NCBI GenBank assembly: GCA_028023455.1
Contig: JAQFVV010000005.1
Location: 15,066,001 to 15,130,000, forward strand
DNA: 64,000 nucleotides
Reading direction: 5' to 3'
Source of the DNA: Epiperipatus broadwayi
Lineage: Eukaryota; Animalia; Onychophora
A model generated the notes under the pieces. It did not search any database, was not told the origin of the DNA, and saw nothing but the letters and a program-made list of their open reading frames with translations. Of the stretch, positions 26,230 through 37,177 are shown in pieces (the first letter of the stretch is position 1; each line of letters starts with the position of its first letter). The position numbers and the translations under genes were made by a program.

Positions 26230-26950
26230 AAATAAAAAAATATTTATTGCCATAAGGCTTATACTGATGTGAAGCAACTGAAAGACTAAAAATTCAAAAT
26301 TTTACTGATATGTAAAATTACCAGTCTTGAAAGTGAATTTCAATTAAAGATTACCTAACCAAAGTTCTCATGAAAGCAACAGAATTTCAACTTTCCAGAA
26401 TATTTACCATGATAGACAGACACCTTGCAACTAAACATCAAATATTTTAAAATCGAGGTTTAGTGTTGTGCTATAGACTCACATAAAACACAACAACAAC
26501 AAAAAGATAGATCATCACTTAAATTGATTTACTTCATATAAACAACAAGTTGAGACGATCCAGAAAAGTAAATGAATCTATCACCAAAGCTAATACAGAT
26601 ATATGAAGTCATTTAGTAAAGTAATAACTAGCAAGAGAATACTGTAATGAAATCAATCATCTTAGGATTCTAATGCTTAATATTTTTAATGACATAGTTA
26701 CCCTTTATCATTTAGTAAATGAATAGACTTTGCTAGCTATGTTATTATGCCCATAAATTATATATTCAAGTGAATTTAGGTTAGAATCAAGTTGTGAGAT
26801 GATTAGACTGGTACCCTTTAAAACAAATCATTTACATATCAACAAAAAGATATTGTCTCTGTTTATATTTGTTTGCTTTCAGAAATAAAAAAATTTCTCT
26901 ATTTCTAAATTATCTATTTTAAGGGCTTGAATAATTAAGATATCAGACAG
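26230..26950 (+). mobile_element. Decayed LINE RT fragment
   Basis: Remnants such as VLMKATEFQLSRIFTMID resemble the RT region preceding FID..KAFD; many stops. Confidence 0.45.
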
Positions 26951-27411
26951 TAGTGATGTAATCCATATTTTCAGATTAAATTCTGGTTTATGATGTGCAG
27001 GTACAAGTGGGCCAAAACAATTCAATAGTAAAGGGCATTAGTTAAAACTAATCTGGAAATGTGAATTACTACTGCATTACCTTCTAATACCTTTTGATTT
27101 TGAGTAGAATATATAGATTGCTTCAAAAATAATTTGTAGTTGCATTTCTTTGTCACTTCAAAACAAAGGATCGCTTTCTTGAACAACTGGGATTAGTATT
27201 ATTTCTACACTGCACGGTTTAAAACTGATGGAGTAGCAGATTCTAGAGTCCGAGAGCCATTGGGAGCAGCTTTATTATTCTGTTAAATCTAATGAGGTGA
27301 ACTCCCAAGTAATAAAAAAATATTTTTTTTTATTACTACTTCTTAAATATTACTAATTTCAACAGCATACAAATAACTTTTACTACTGCTTAAATATGTA
27401 ACATTTAGGTT

Positions 27412-27685
27412 TATAATCATATCACAGAACATTTACATTCAAATAAGTTACTCAGAATTATTTGTAGCAGACCGAATCATTTTAATAAATTTTCAAATAC
27501 AATTTAATTTTCTTTTATCAATGTCCACTCATTCAATCTGATAAAAGGAGTATTCTTCTTTCATTTGATCTCCATTGAAAAGTAAAATTGTATTTGCAAG
27601 TTTATTAAAATGATTCATTATGACTCTACTTACAAATAATTCTGAATAATGCATTGGAACAAAAATGTTCTGTGATATGATTATA
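27412..27685. mobile_element. MITE-like element with ~60-bp imperfect terminal inverted repeats
   Basis: tataatcatatcacagaacattt...tcagaattatttgta vs tacaaataattctga...aaatgttctgtgatatgattata. Confidence 0.7.
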
Positions 27686-30519
27686 CTTTTTAAATATCTA
27701 TTGAATCTAATTCTATCGAGAAAAAAAATTAAAATAAAATTATATAAATATTAATTGCTAAGAAGTAATTTTGAAGTTCTAAAACAATAACATAGCTAAT
27801 CATTATTCTTATAAATTAATTAATAGATGGAATAGATAAATATTTCAATCAAATTCTGAAATATTGTGAAAGCCAATTACTGTTCACACATGTGCTATAA
27901 AAATATGTACACACTCCCATCAAAAAATATTTTAAAAGCATAGGTGCATAGAGCTTATTCTTTAATTAAATCATTTATTGACAATGTTTGAATTGGGAGC
28001 TTACTTGCACAGAGCTTATTGCCTATGACCCTGAACTTTGTTAGTTAGTATATATGTAATAAATATGAAATAGTGGGCAAGTCAATTACTCTTCATGCAA
28101 GAGTTATAAAAATACACACACTCTCCATCAACAAATGTTCATTTATGCTTAGAGGTTATTCTTTAAATAAACCAACATTTATTGATTTTGCTTGAGAAGA
28201 ACGCATGTTCATTTTTATAGCGCATGTGTGAAACGTAGCCAAAATATTTCATAAGTATATAAAACGTTACATTATCAATTATTATACCAAAAATAAGGTT
28301 CAGTATCGCAGGAAGTTAAAAATTAGAAACTTTCTCTTTTTTGTGATATATAATCTAAATTTAAGCAAGTAATATGCCAATTTTAAAATCAGGCTAGCAA
28401 TAAGATCAAGTTCTCAATTCAAGCATGGTCAATAAATATTGGTTAAAATAAGCTCTAAGCATAAGTGGACAATCTATGCTTTTAAAACATTTATTGACAG
28501 GAGTTGCATGGTTACTTTTATAATGCATCTGTGAAGAGCAGTTGGCTTACATAACATTATATAAATGTATAAATCGCTACATTATTAATTATTATATAAA
28601 TCAAATTATAAGAAAGTGAATTAATTTGCTTTTATCTTTAACATGAATACCTAATAGTTTTAGAAGCTGATGAAAACCGACAACACTATATTACTATCTA
28701 ATCACTTTAGCAGACAAAAATGATACCATTTTAACTGTTTTCTAATTTATTGAAATGATTCCTAATATAGCAACTTGAATATATTAATCCATGATTAATT
28801 TATATATATTACTATCCACCAAAGCTACACTATAAGTTAGAAAATATGGCTGGTTACTTTGTTCTATGTAGAATTTATACTCTATTAATAGTCCTTTTGA
28901 TAGACACATATATGAAACTCAAGAATTTGATAATGTGCCCAAAGTGAAGACTAATTTTTATAAGTGACCCATAAATTCAGTACAACAAAAAATAAAAAAG
29001 GCAAAACAAAACCTTGTATTTACAGAATATACTCAATATTTCTGTTGTTAAACTCAATATAAATTTAACACGCACGGTTAATATTAGGAGAAATGGTCTT
29101 AATAATGTACTGATGCAAATGTTTGACATTTGGGATTTTTCTTGGTATATGTCTGTATAATAAAAAAAATTATCTTTATATTATTTTTATAGGAATCGAC
29201 ATTTATAAGGAAACTGTTTTGAAATTGAAGGGATGCTACTTTTAATACTCTGCTATAATAAAAAAAAAAATAAGTCATTTAATAATATCATCAAGTCATC
29301 TCCCCAGAAATCTACTGCACAGATTAAACATATATGAATCTGGTTTCACTTAAATTTTGCAACAAATCTGCTATCTAAAGTCTTCAAAATTCTATAAGTA
29401 GAACCATTTAAATTTCTTCTTTTGCCAAAATAGTCTATATATATTAATCATAATGTGCTAAATGTGATGTGCACTTCACGTATACATATTTGTATGACTT
29501 CAGATACCGAGGCAAAAACACACTCTAATGGTTCTTGCAATGTATTTTGACCAATTAATTTCCTTAGATAAGTTTACTCCCATATAATTTCTCAAATATC
29601 AAACGTCATTTTTTATTTATTGACTCACACCACACATATTTTCTTCATAAATGTGCAAGAGAGAGCATTATCATAATTCTCTAAAAATCTACATTCAAGC
29701 TGCAATAGCAGAAAACCCAGGAGATTAAGATATATAAAGAAAATTATAGCTACATTTGAACTAAATTCAAAATGTATGAGATTACATAAAGTGTAATAAT
29801 TTCTAATCTAAAAAAGACTAATATTTATGGAAAGATCATGGGAGTAATTTGTATATATAATAAATGTAGAATGCTGTGCTCAAGCTACCAGCAGGCTTCA
29901 CAGGTGAATAACAAAACCTAGTATCTAACCAAGAGCTCATGTTGCCTTGTAGAATAAAGTATTGGTTTATCAAAAGCACTGTTACCAAAATAAGTCTTTC
30001 TGTATCCCTCTTTTCATTCCTCAGTTAATTATGGAGTCAGTTGTTGTGAGCCTCTCATGCTATAGGATATTTTATACTAAACATGGCAATGGAATTATTT
30101 GTGTAACATCATTTCTATTTTTTAACAACAAACACAGCATTTCTGACCAATTCCTTGCCCTCCCCCATTTTTTTTAGTTCAAGCCCTCAAAATTTAAGAA
30201 AGCAACAATTGAAATAGACTTAATAGTCTGGCAGTCCTTCATTGTGATCTTTGCTTGAGGCAGTACAATCATTAATGAGTCAGTTTGGAACTGGATTTCA
30301 ATGAGACAGGAATTTCAGGTAGTGAAGATTGTATGTTTTAGCAACCCATTTAGAGATTCTTGCCTACCGTGAAAGAATAAGGACCTAAAAAATGTCTGAA
30401 AATAGCCCGTCCCCCACAATCTAGGCTAACTAATTTCAGAAGAAGAAATAATAATATCAGTATAGTGATAAAGCAAGAGGCAATGGTAATACTAAAGTAT
30501 TATATATCTAATTTTTCTC

Positions 30520-30960
30520 TAAATATAGATACATGGAATATGCCAACTTTACTTGATACAAACTCAATGACTAGAAGGGAGGATTGCACTGGTGGCCAAA
30601 ATGCTATCAAGATTTGAATAAAACTGTTCTTAGTGAAACTAGTCCCCAGAGAAAGGAAGTTTAATAGGACAGATTGATAGATAAAAGTTATTTTGGAAGG
30701 GCAAATACATCAGTGAAAGAAGAATGCAAGGCACTGGATATATATCTTCTATTGTTGGAATTGCTGTTGTATCAATGAAAGACTTAGTATAAAAATTTGC
30801 CTTAAACAATAGTACTAGGCTCATTTTGTTAGTTCCTTTGCTCCAATTTTAATTTCAGAGAAATTCCTTATAACCATTAAATAATCAATTTTTTTCTTTT
30901 TCGAAACTTTACTATACATATTGGTGTAGATAGTAGACTTTTGCCAAAATATTGGAACAT
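30520..30960 (+). mobile_element. RTE LINE endonuclease (5') fragment
   Basis: Translates to TWNMPTLLDTNSM..R...LVAK.LSR...VLSETS...YFWKG...INERL, typical RTE APE N-terminal motifs, with frameshifts. Confidence 0.75.
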
Positions 30961-31750
30961 AATGGTGTTGGTGGTGTAATTTCAAATAGTTTATTATTGA
31001 ATTTATGCACGATACATAAGTTGACTATCACAAAAACTTTATTTAGGTAGAAAATCAGCTACAAAAGAACATGGATTCATCCATGTTCAATATAAGTGCA
31101 TTTAATAGATTATATTATAGTCAGAAGAGTTAGTTAGAATGCAGGAGAAGTTCACATTATATAAGCACTTATAAGCACAAATTGTTGGACAGATCTTAGA
31201 TTAGTATCTCCAAAATAAAAATGACAGTTGCATTAAAAAAGTTATTATTCCAATCATATTAACAAGAAAAAAGATTTTCTTCTTTACACACTAATTACAA
31301 TTAATAACTTCAATTTTTAAAACCATCATATTACTAAAGCATGAAATTCTCTTAAGAAATATGTTGTTAATGCAAATAAGTCTATTTTTTGAGTTCATAA
31401 GAGTACCAAACTCTCAATACGGCAATGCTACCAAATGCAAGACTTAGTAATCAATAGATGCAGGAAGGTTTGTGCATAAAATCCCTATCTAGTGCCTATT
31501 CATCCAGCATAGCCAGATTAGTTTCTAGCTTCATCAGTGAGGTGCCTTTGATTTGAGAGTACTGCATTTAGATCTTAGAATCTAATGCAATTCTCCAGTA
31601 GCCACCTTTCATTTATTTGGTTAACTATATCAAACTCTCCATACAGTAGTGCCACCAAGTGCAAGTCTTTATAATCAATGGATGCAGGAAGGTTTGTGCA
31701 TAAAATCCCTATCTAGTGCCCACTCATCCAACATCCTGAGACTAGTTTGC

Positions 31751-31786
31751 TCACTGATGAAAGTCACAAGCTAGAAATTAGTCTGG
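31751..31786 (+). ncRNA. Minimal type-I hammerhead motif, core intact but loop III TTAG (copy 7)
   Basis: CTGATGA 31754-31760; AGT/CACAA/GCT; GAAA 31774-31777; TTAG; UC 31782-31783; short stem I. Confidence 0.6.
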
Positions 31787-32186
31787 TGATGTTGAATATG
31801 TAGGCACTAGATAAGGATTTTATGCACAAACCTTCCTGCATTCATCGATTACGAAGGCTTGCACCTGGTGGTATGGAGAGTTTGGTACTCTTATTAACAG
31901 CATATATAAGCATATGAAATGGTGATCATGTGATGTTTTAATGGTTTTATACCTATTCTGCCCATAGGATAATGGTGTCTCTGGTTTATAAAAATTCAAA
32001 GACAAAATGTATATATGACTTCAGATCCATATGACTATACAACCAAATGAGATTAGTTTAGAAACATTATGGTGTTTTCATCTTAGGCTCCTAGCTTTAT
32101 AGTTAACCAAATAGATAAAAGGTGACTGCTAGAAAGTTTCATTAGATTCTAAGATCTAGGTGCAGTGCTCTCAAATCCAAGGTTAC

Positions 32187-32222
32187 TCACTGATGAAAGC
32201 CACAAGCTAGAAACTAGTTTGG
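32187..32222 (+). ncRNA. Minimal type-I hammerhead ribozyme motif, core intact (copy 8)
   Basis: CTGATGA 32190-32196; A; stem II AGC/CACAA/GCT 32198-32208; A; GAAA 32210-32213; palindromic CTAG loop 32214-32217; UU site 32218-32219. Proximal stem I is only TCA/TGG (3 bp) in this copy. Activity untested. Confidence 0.7.
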
Positions 32223-32844
32223 AGATGTTGGATGAGTAGTCACTAGATAGAGATTTTATGCATATTCCTGCAGTCATTGATTATAAAGATTTGCACTTGG
32301 TGGGACTATTGTAGGGAGAGTTTGGTACTTAACTTGTGAAGAATATGAAATTGTGATCATATGATGTTTATTTTTGAATTCCTAAAATGAAGAATTATTA
32401 GTTTTCTGACAATGACCTTATTATTAATGATTTAATTAAAAAGAAACATGGTATTTTCTGCTTGGCAAAATAATAGATTAAATATAGACATTTATAAAAA
32501 TCTGAAAGCAGAAGTTCAACAACAACAAGAAGGCTTAAAAATGATTGGTGAATTAAAATTAAAAAAATAAAAAAGACATTTGCTGATCATGGTCATTCTA
32601 GAACTTTTTTAATGCATTAAAAGCAACATATGAATCAGAGAAATGATGTCATAATCCAATTAAATTCAGCAATAGCACTCTCTTATATGATGACAATAAA
32701 ATTTTCAACAGGTGGAAGAAATATTTTAGTCAATTTTTGAACAATGATACAAGAATTGAAATGATAACTTTTAATGATATATCCATTTTATGTAATTTAG
32801 ATTTGAACAAAGATATTTTCATCATACAATATTGCCATCTAGTG

Positions 32845-33510
32845 CAAGCTATCAATTAAAGGATGCTAGAAGATTAGTGCATCAAAATTGTTATCTGGTG
32901 TTCACTCATCCAATTTCCTCAGACTAATTTTTAGCTTATAACTTTGATCAATGAGAAACTTTGGATTGGAGGGCACTGCACCTAAATCAATGGATCTAAT
33001 GTTTGCCTCTAGCAGCCACCTTTTATTTATTTGTTTGTATAGTTACTTAGAGCTGAATCCTGTTCTGTATCTATACACTTTGGTGTCTGGTTTTTTTTTT
33101 AACAACCATAATAGTTACTAACATGATTTAGCTAGGACTAGTATTAAACCATTATTTCTTGTGTATATACAATCTTCTAACATAGTAGCAATTTTATAGT
33201 GTTTTCAGATTGGAGTCATAGCATTATAGTCAACTAAAAAAGTATAAGATGGCTGCCAGAGGTATGTGTTCGATCCAAAGATTTAGGTGCAGTGCTCTCT
33301 GATCCAAGCCTCCTCACTGATGAAAGCCAAAAGCTAAAAACTAGTCTGGAGATATTGGATGAATAGGTACAAGTTAGGAATTTTGCTGCACTATCTTCTA
33401 GCATTCATCGATTCCTATGACTTGAACTAAATGCCAATATTGTAAGGAGAAAACTGCTATCATATTAAATGATTGTGTAACCATAAGACATGATGGTAAT
33501 GTGATGTTAT
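32845..33510. mobile_element. Hammerhead-bearing repeat, older inverted pair (copy 9 minus ~32845-33050; copy 10 plus ~33245-33510)
   Basis: More diverged but alignable (gcactgcacctaaatc / gatttaggtgcagtgctctctgatccaagcctcctcactgatga). Confidence 0.8.
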
Positions 33511-33519
33511 AATGATTTG

Positions 33520-35110
33520 ATATCCAGTTTTTACTCAAGTCAAACAGTTCTTTGACAATCTTAAAAATGGAAAGGCTACAGGTCCGAATGAAATACCTGA
33601 AGTTTTAAAATAATGTGATATTATGTCAGTCTTTCAAAAATATTGGAATTTTTTAGGAATATATAGTCCCATGAAGTGTGTCCTGATTTTAAGCAATCTC
33701 TTATTGTTCCAATTTTTTTCAACTTGGGAATAGACAAGACTGCAGTATATATGACAAATTATTATTATTATCCATTACAGCCAAGGTATTTTCAGGAATT
33801 ATATTGCACAGATTGCTTCTAATCACAAATGAATGGTTACTAGAGACTCAAAGCAGTTTGTAACTAAGAACCACTATAATCATAGTTTTTGTTGCCAGAC
33901 AAATGCAAGAAAAATTACGAGAACAAAGGAATGATTTATACATTGCTTTTATTGACTTGGTGAATGATTTGATTCAATTAATAGGACAGGTTTACGGCAT
34001 TGTTTGAAATTAATTGTCCACCTAAATTTATTCATATTATACATCTACATGATAGAATGAAAGGAAGTGTTATTATTACAGGTTAAAAATTTGAGGCATT
34101 TGAAATAAAAACTAATGCTAAACAAAGATGTGCATTTGTTCCAACATTGTTTTCAATTTTTTTGACAGTGATCATTGGAACTGTTTATAGGTAGCTTAAT
34201 CAAATAGTGATCAGGAATTTTTCATTTTAATCAGTTAAAACCAAAAACAAAAATTTCTTCTTGAATTCTGGATTGTGCTCTTTTTGTCAGTTCAAAAAAC
34301 AATTTACAGAATGCAAAATATAAAGACTTTGTTTTATTAATTAATGTTCCAAAAAAAATTCAAGTTTATCAACTTAAGAATATAAACTATTTAAAATAAA
34401 TAAGTGGACTTAAATATTGAAGTCCAATACAGATTTCAAAATGCTGCTGCTGCTCTTAACAATTTAAAAAATAGAGTATTTCATTACCGAAAAATAACTA
34501 CTGTAATTAAGTTAACTGTATTTAGAGCTGTTATTTTCCCTAATTTAAAATATGGAAGTGAAATCTGGAGACTCTATCAATGCAATATAAAAGAATTAGA
34601 CTTGTTTCATTTTTGCTCTGTAAAATTTTAAAAATATAATGGCAGAGATCAAAAAACTATATTCTTCAGCTCACTGGATGTGATACTCTCAAATTTGCTA
34701 TTGTAAAATCACACCATCATTGGAATAGAGATGTAAAATGAATGAACAATGAAAGACTTCCTAACAAGGATGTTTTATGATGTCTTTGAGCATGATTTTC
34801 ATGAGAGAAGTATCTTATTTACAATATAAGGATTACTTGAAAGACATTCCAAAGAAGGGCAATGTCAATTGTTTTCATTAAGACAATATGGCAGAGAATA
34901 GAATATATTGGACAACTACAATTAAACTCAGTGTGGAAATATTTCAGAAAGAAAAGATTTTTGCTCAAGAAATTAAAAGACAACACATAAAATAACAAAT
35001 CAATTGAAAAATGAACCATCATATTCTACATTGGACTTTGTTGTGGTCCACAGACAAATTTGTATAGTCATTGCAAAACTCATTTCTAGAATAGTTTTTT
35101 TTTTTTCTCT
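33520..35110 (+). mobile_element. RTE LINE reverse-transcriptase and 3' region (decayed)
   Basis: LKNGKATGPNEIP, FVARQMQEKLREQRNDLYIAFIDLVN.FDSINR, FVPTLFSIF and LKYGSEIW motifs. Confidence 0.8.
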
Positions 35111-36487
35111 AATGGCATAATGCTTAGCATATAAAAATATATTAGACTCCATTTAATGTACGAAACAAACATTGCTTACCAACTTGGGAATCAATTCCAT
35201 AAACTTCCTGGATAATGTCAGATATAATAATGGCTAATTGGCAAGTGAAAAAATAATCATATGATCATTATTTGGGAAATCAAGTGATATTTGGGCAATA
35301 ATCTAAGAGACTGAATACAATTATATCATTCAACTAATTAAACAATTTTTTTTCTTTCCAGTACTGTGAATTGGTTCATCAATTTTTAATTTTTAATTTA
35401 TATCAGTACTGCACTAAATCACAGATAATACTGTTTTGTCATGTAGGTACTAGTTTTTCTCATGCTCCTATCATGTCCAATACGATAATTATGACTAAAC
35501 CTGTGATTAATACTCAACATAGAAATTGTTTATATGTATTATTTGACATCATATATTAAATATATATAAAATATCTACTCAAACAAAAATTCTTGAATCA
35601 TATGAATAAAGACAATTTTTAAAAAAACCCACATTAAATTAATCATTCCATTTTAATTTAAAAAGATATATTAATGTTTAATTTGGTTTAAAGTTTATAT
35701 CGGAACTATAAATGATATAATTTTTAGCATAATATATGAATAGTAATAATTATAAACATATTTATCTAAAGTGAATGAGGACTACATTGCAAATGTAGAA
35801 AGGCTGAAAAACTTTTACATTTTTTAAGTATAGAAAATGAGATAGGAGTCACCCTTAATGAATAAACAGCAAAAAAAGAATTAAACAATCTGACTTCATT
35901 GTAATTAAATTGTCTAGGATAACTTTCCAAATTAAAATCTGGTAATTCCAACTGATAAATTGTTGGCTAAACTAGTATTAACAATAAATACTTTATATAA
36001 AAATGAATGACTATGATATATATCAATAATCATCCTACAGCCAGTTTAACAACAAATAATATTCAAAAATTATCATAAATACTAATGCATAGAAGTCAAC
36101 CTGAATCCAACAAAAATAATATATGCACAGTATAATTTTTCAATGTACATAATGAGGATAGTATATAACAAGTACAACTACCCCAAATAGATATTACAGT
36201 ACCCTACATTTTGATAACAAGCAACATGAATACTCAACAAAACATAATAATAATATATACTGGATGAAATTAAATTTTCTTTTTATTGTATTTTATATAA
36301 AGCAATGTTGAAATAACAGGCACCATAAACTTTTCTGTATAGATTGTACACAAATAAATTCAGATGACTTCAGAAAAAATATGAGGATCCAAATAATATA
36401 TTTCAACTACATTCATACATAGTACATAATTTACCTTCTTCAAGAAGTATAATAACTACTCTTTCTTATTGCATTGCCAAATGTATA

Positions 36488-36803
36488 CCATATAATACTA
36501 AATTGTCCAAGCACTTTACTACTGTTACACAATGCTTTATTTACCACCCTTTCTTACAGTTTACAGTTTCCATTGCCCCGGTAATCTTCTTCAGAACTTT
36601 ACATCTCCTTACCTCAATTGTCAGTTGAATTTAGGAGATATAAAGTTCTGAAGAATATTGTTGGGGCAATGACAGTTGAGGTGAGGAGATATAAAGTTCT
36701 GAAGAAGATTTCAGGGGCAATCGAAACTGTAAACTGTAAGAAACGGTGGTAAATAGCATTGTGTAACAGTAATAAAGTGCTTGGACAATTTAGGATTATA
36801 TGG
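36488..36803. mobile_element. TA-flanked palindromic MITE (~130-bp TIRs, internal ~50-bp duplication)
   Basis: TA|CCATATAATACTAAATTGTCCAAGCAC...GTGCTTGGACAATTTAGGATTATATGG|TA; aggagatataaagttctgaagaa occurs twice in the right arm and once, inverted, in the left. Confidence 0.9.
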
Positions 36804-37141
36804 TACATAATTTATTAACAGATTTTAAAAATATTCAACCACACATAATGCAATGACAAGATTCACTTTGCAATAATTCAATAAGAATTCAAGATACAAT
36901 CATTCACACAGTGACAAGATTCTCTTTAAAAAAAGTCCAATTAAAATTATTAATGCAGTATATCATTTTCAATATATATGTCCATTTTGATCAATATAAG
37001 TGCACATGCAAACAAAAAGAATTCTTTAAAATAAATAAATATATTATTAAATAAAATTTTATACAGGAGAAAATTTAAAATCACTTCTCTTGGATTGTTT
37101 ATAGAATACAATAGATCAAATATAAGAAATAAAAAACTCAC

Positions 37142-37177
37142 AGGCATATGCTCATTTGTTGACTCGCAAACATAGAC
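37142..37177 (-). CDS. dom: domino/EP400 36-nt micro-exon (VYVCESTNEHMP)
   Basis: Acceptor ttttttgtag| and donor |gtgagt; phase 0-0. The peptide joins directly to MWSPPTPP of the next exon and resembles the 'W..S...EQMPMW.PPTPP' segment of Domino as recalled. Confidence 0.85.

Larger units (their letters stand above)
31399..32370. mobile_element. Hammerhead-bearing repeat cluster: copy 5 minus (~31399-31630), copy 6 minus partial (~31630-31748), copy 7 plus partial (~31749-31940), copy 8 plus (~32099-32370)
   Basis: Repeated blocks such as gtgcataaaatccctatctagtgcc and gatcttagaatctaatgcaa, in both orientations; homologous to 8346-8870. Confidence 0.9.

Noticed and set aside
31399-33510. Repeat cluster considered as a CRISPR array or a simple DNA MITE
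   Set aside because: Eukaryotic intron; long units without unique spacers; variable breakpoints and spacers between arms, and no shared TIR/TSD.
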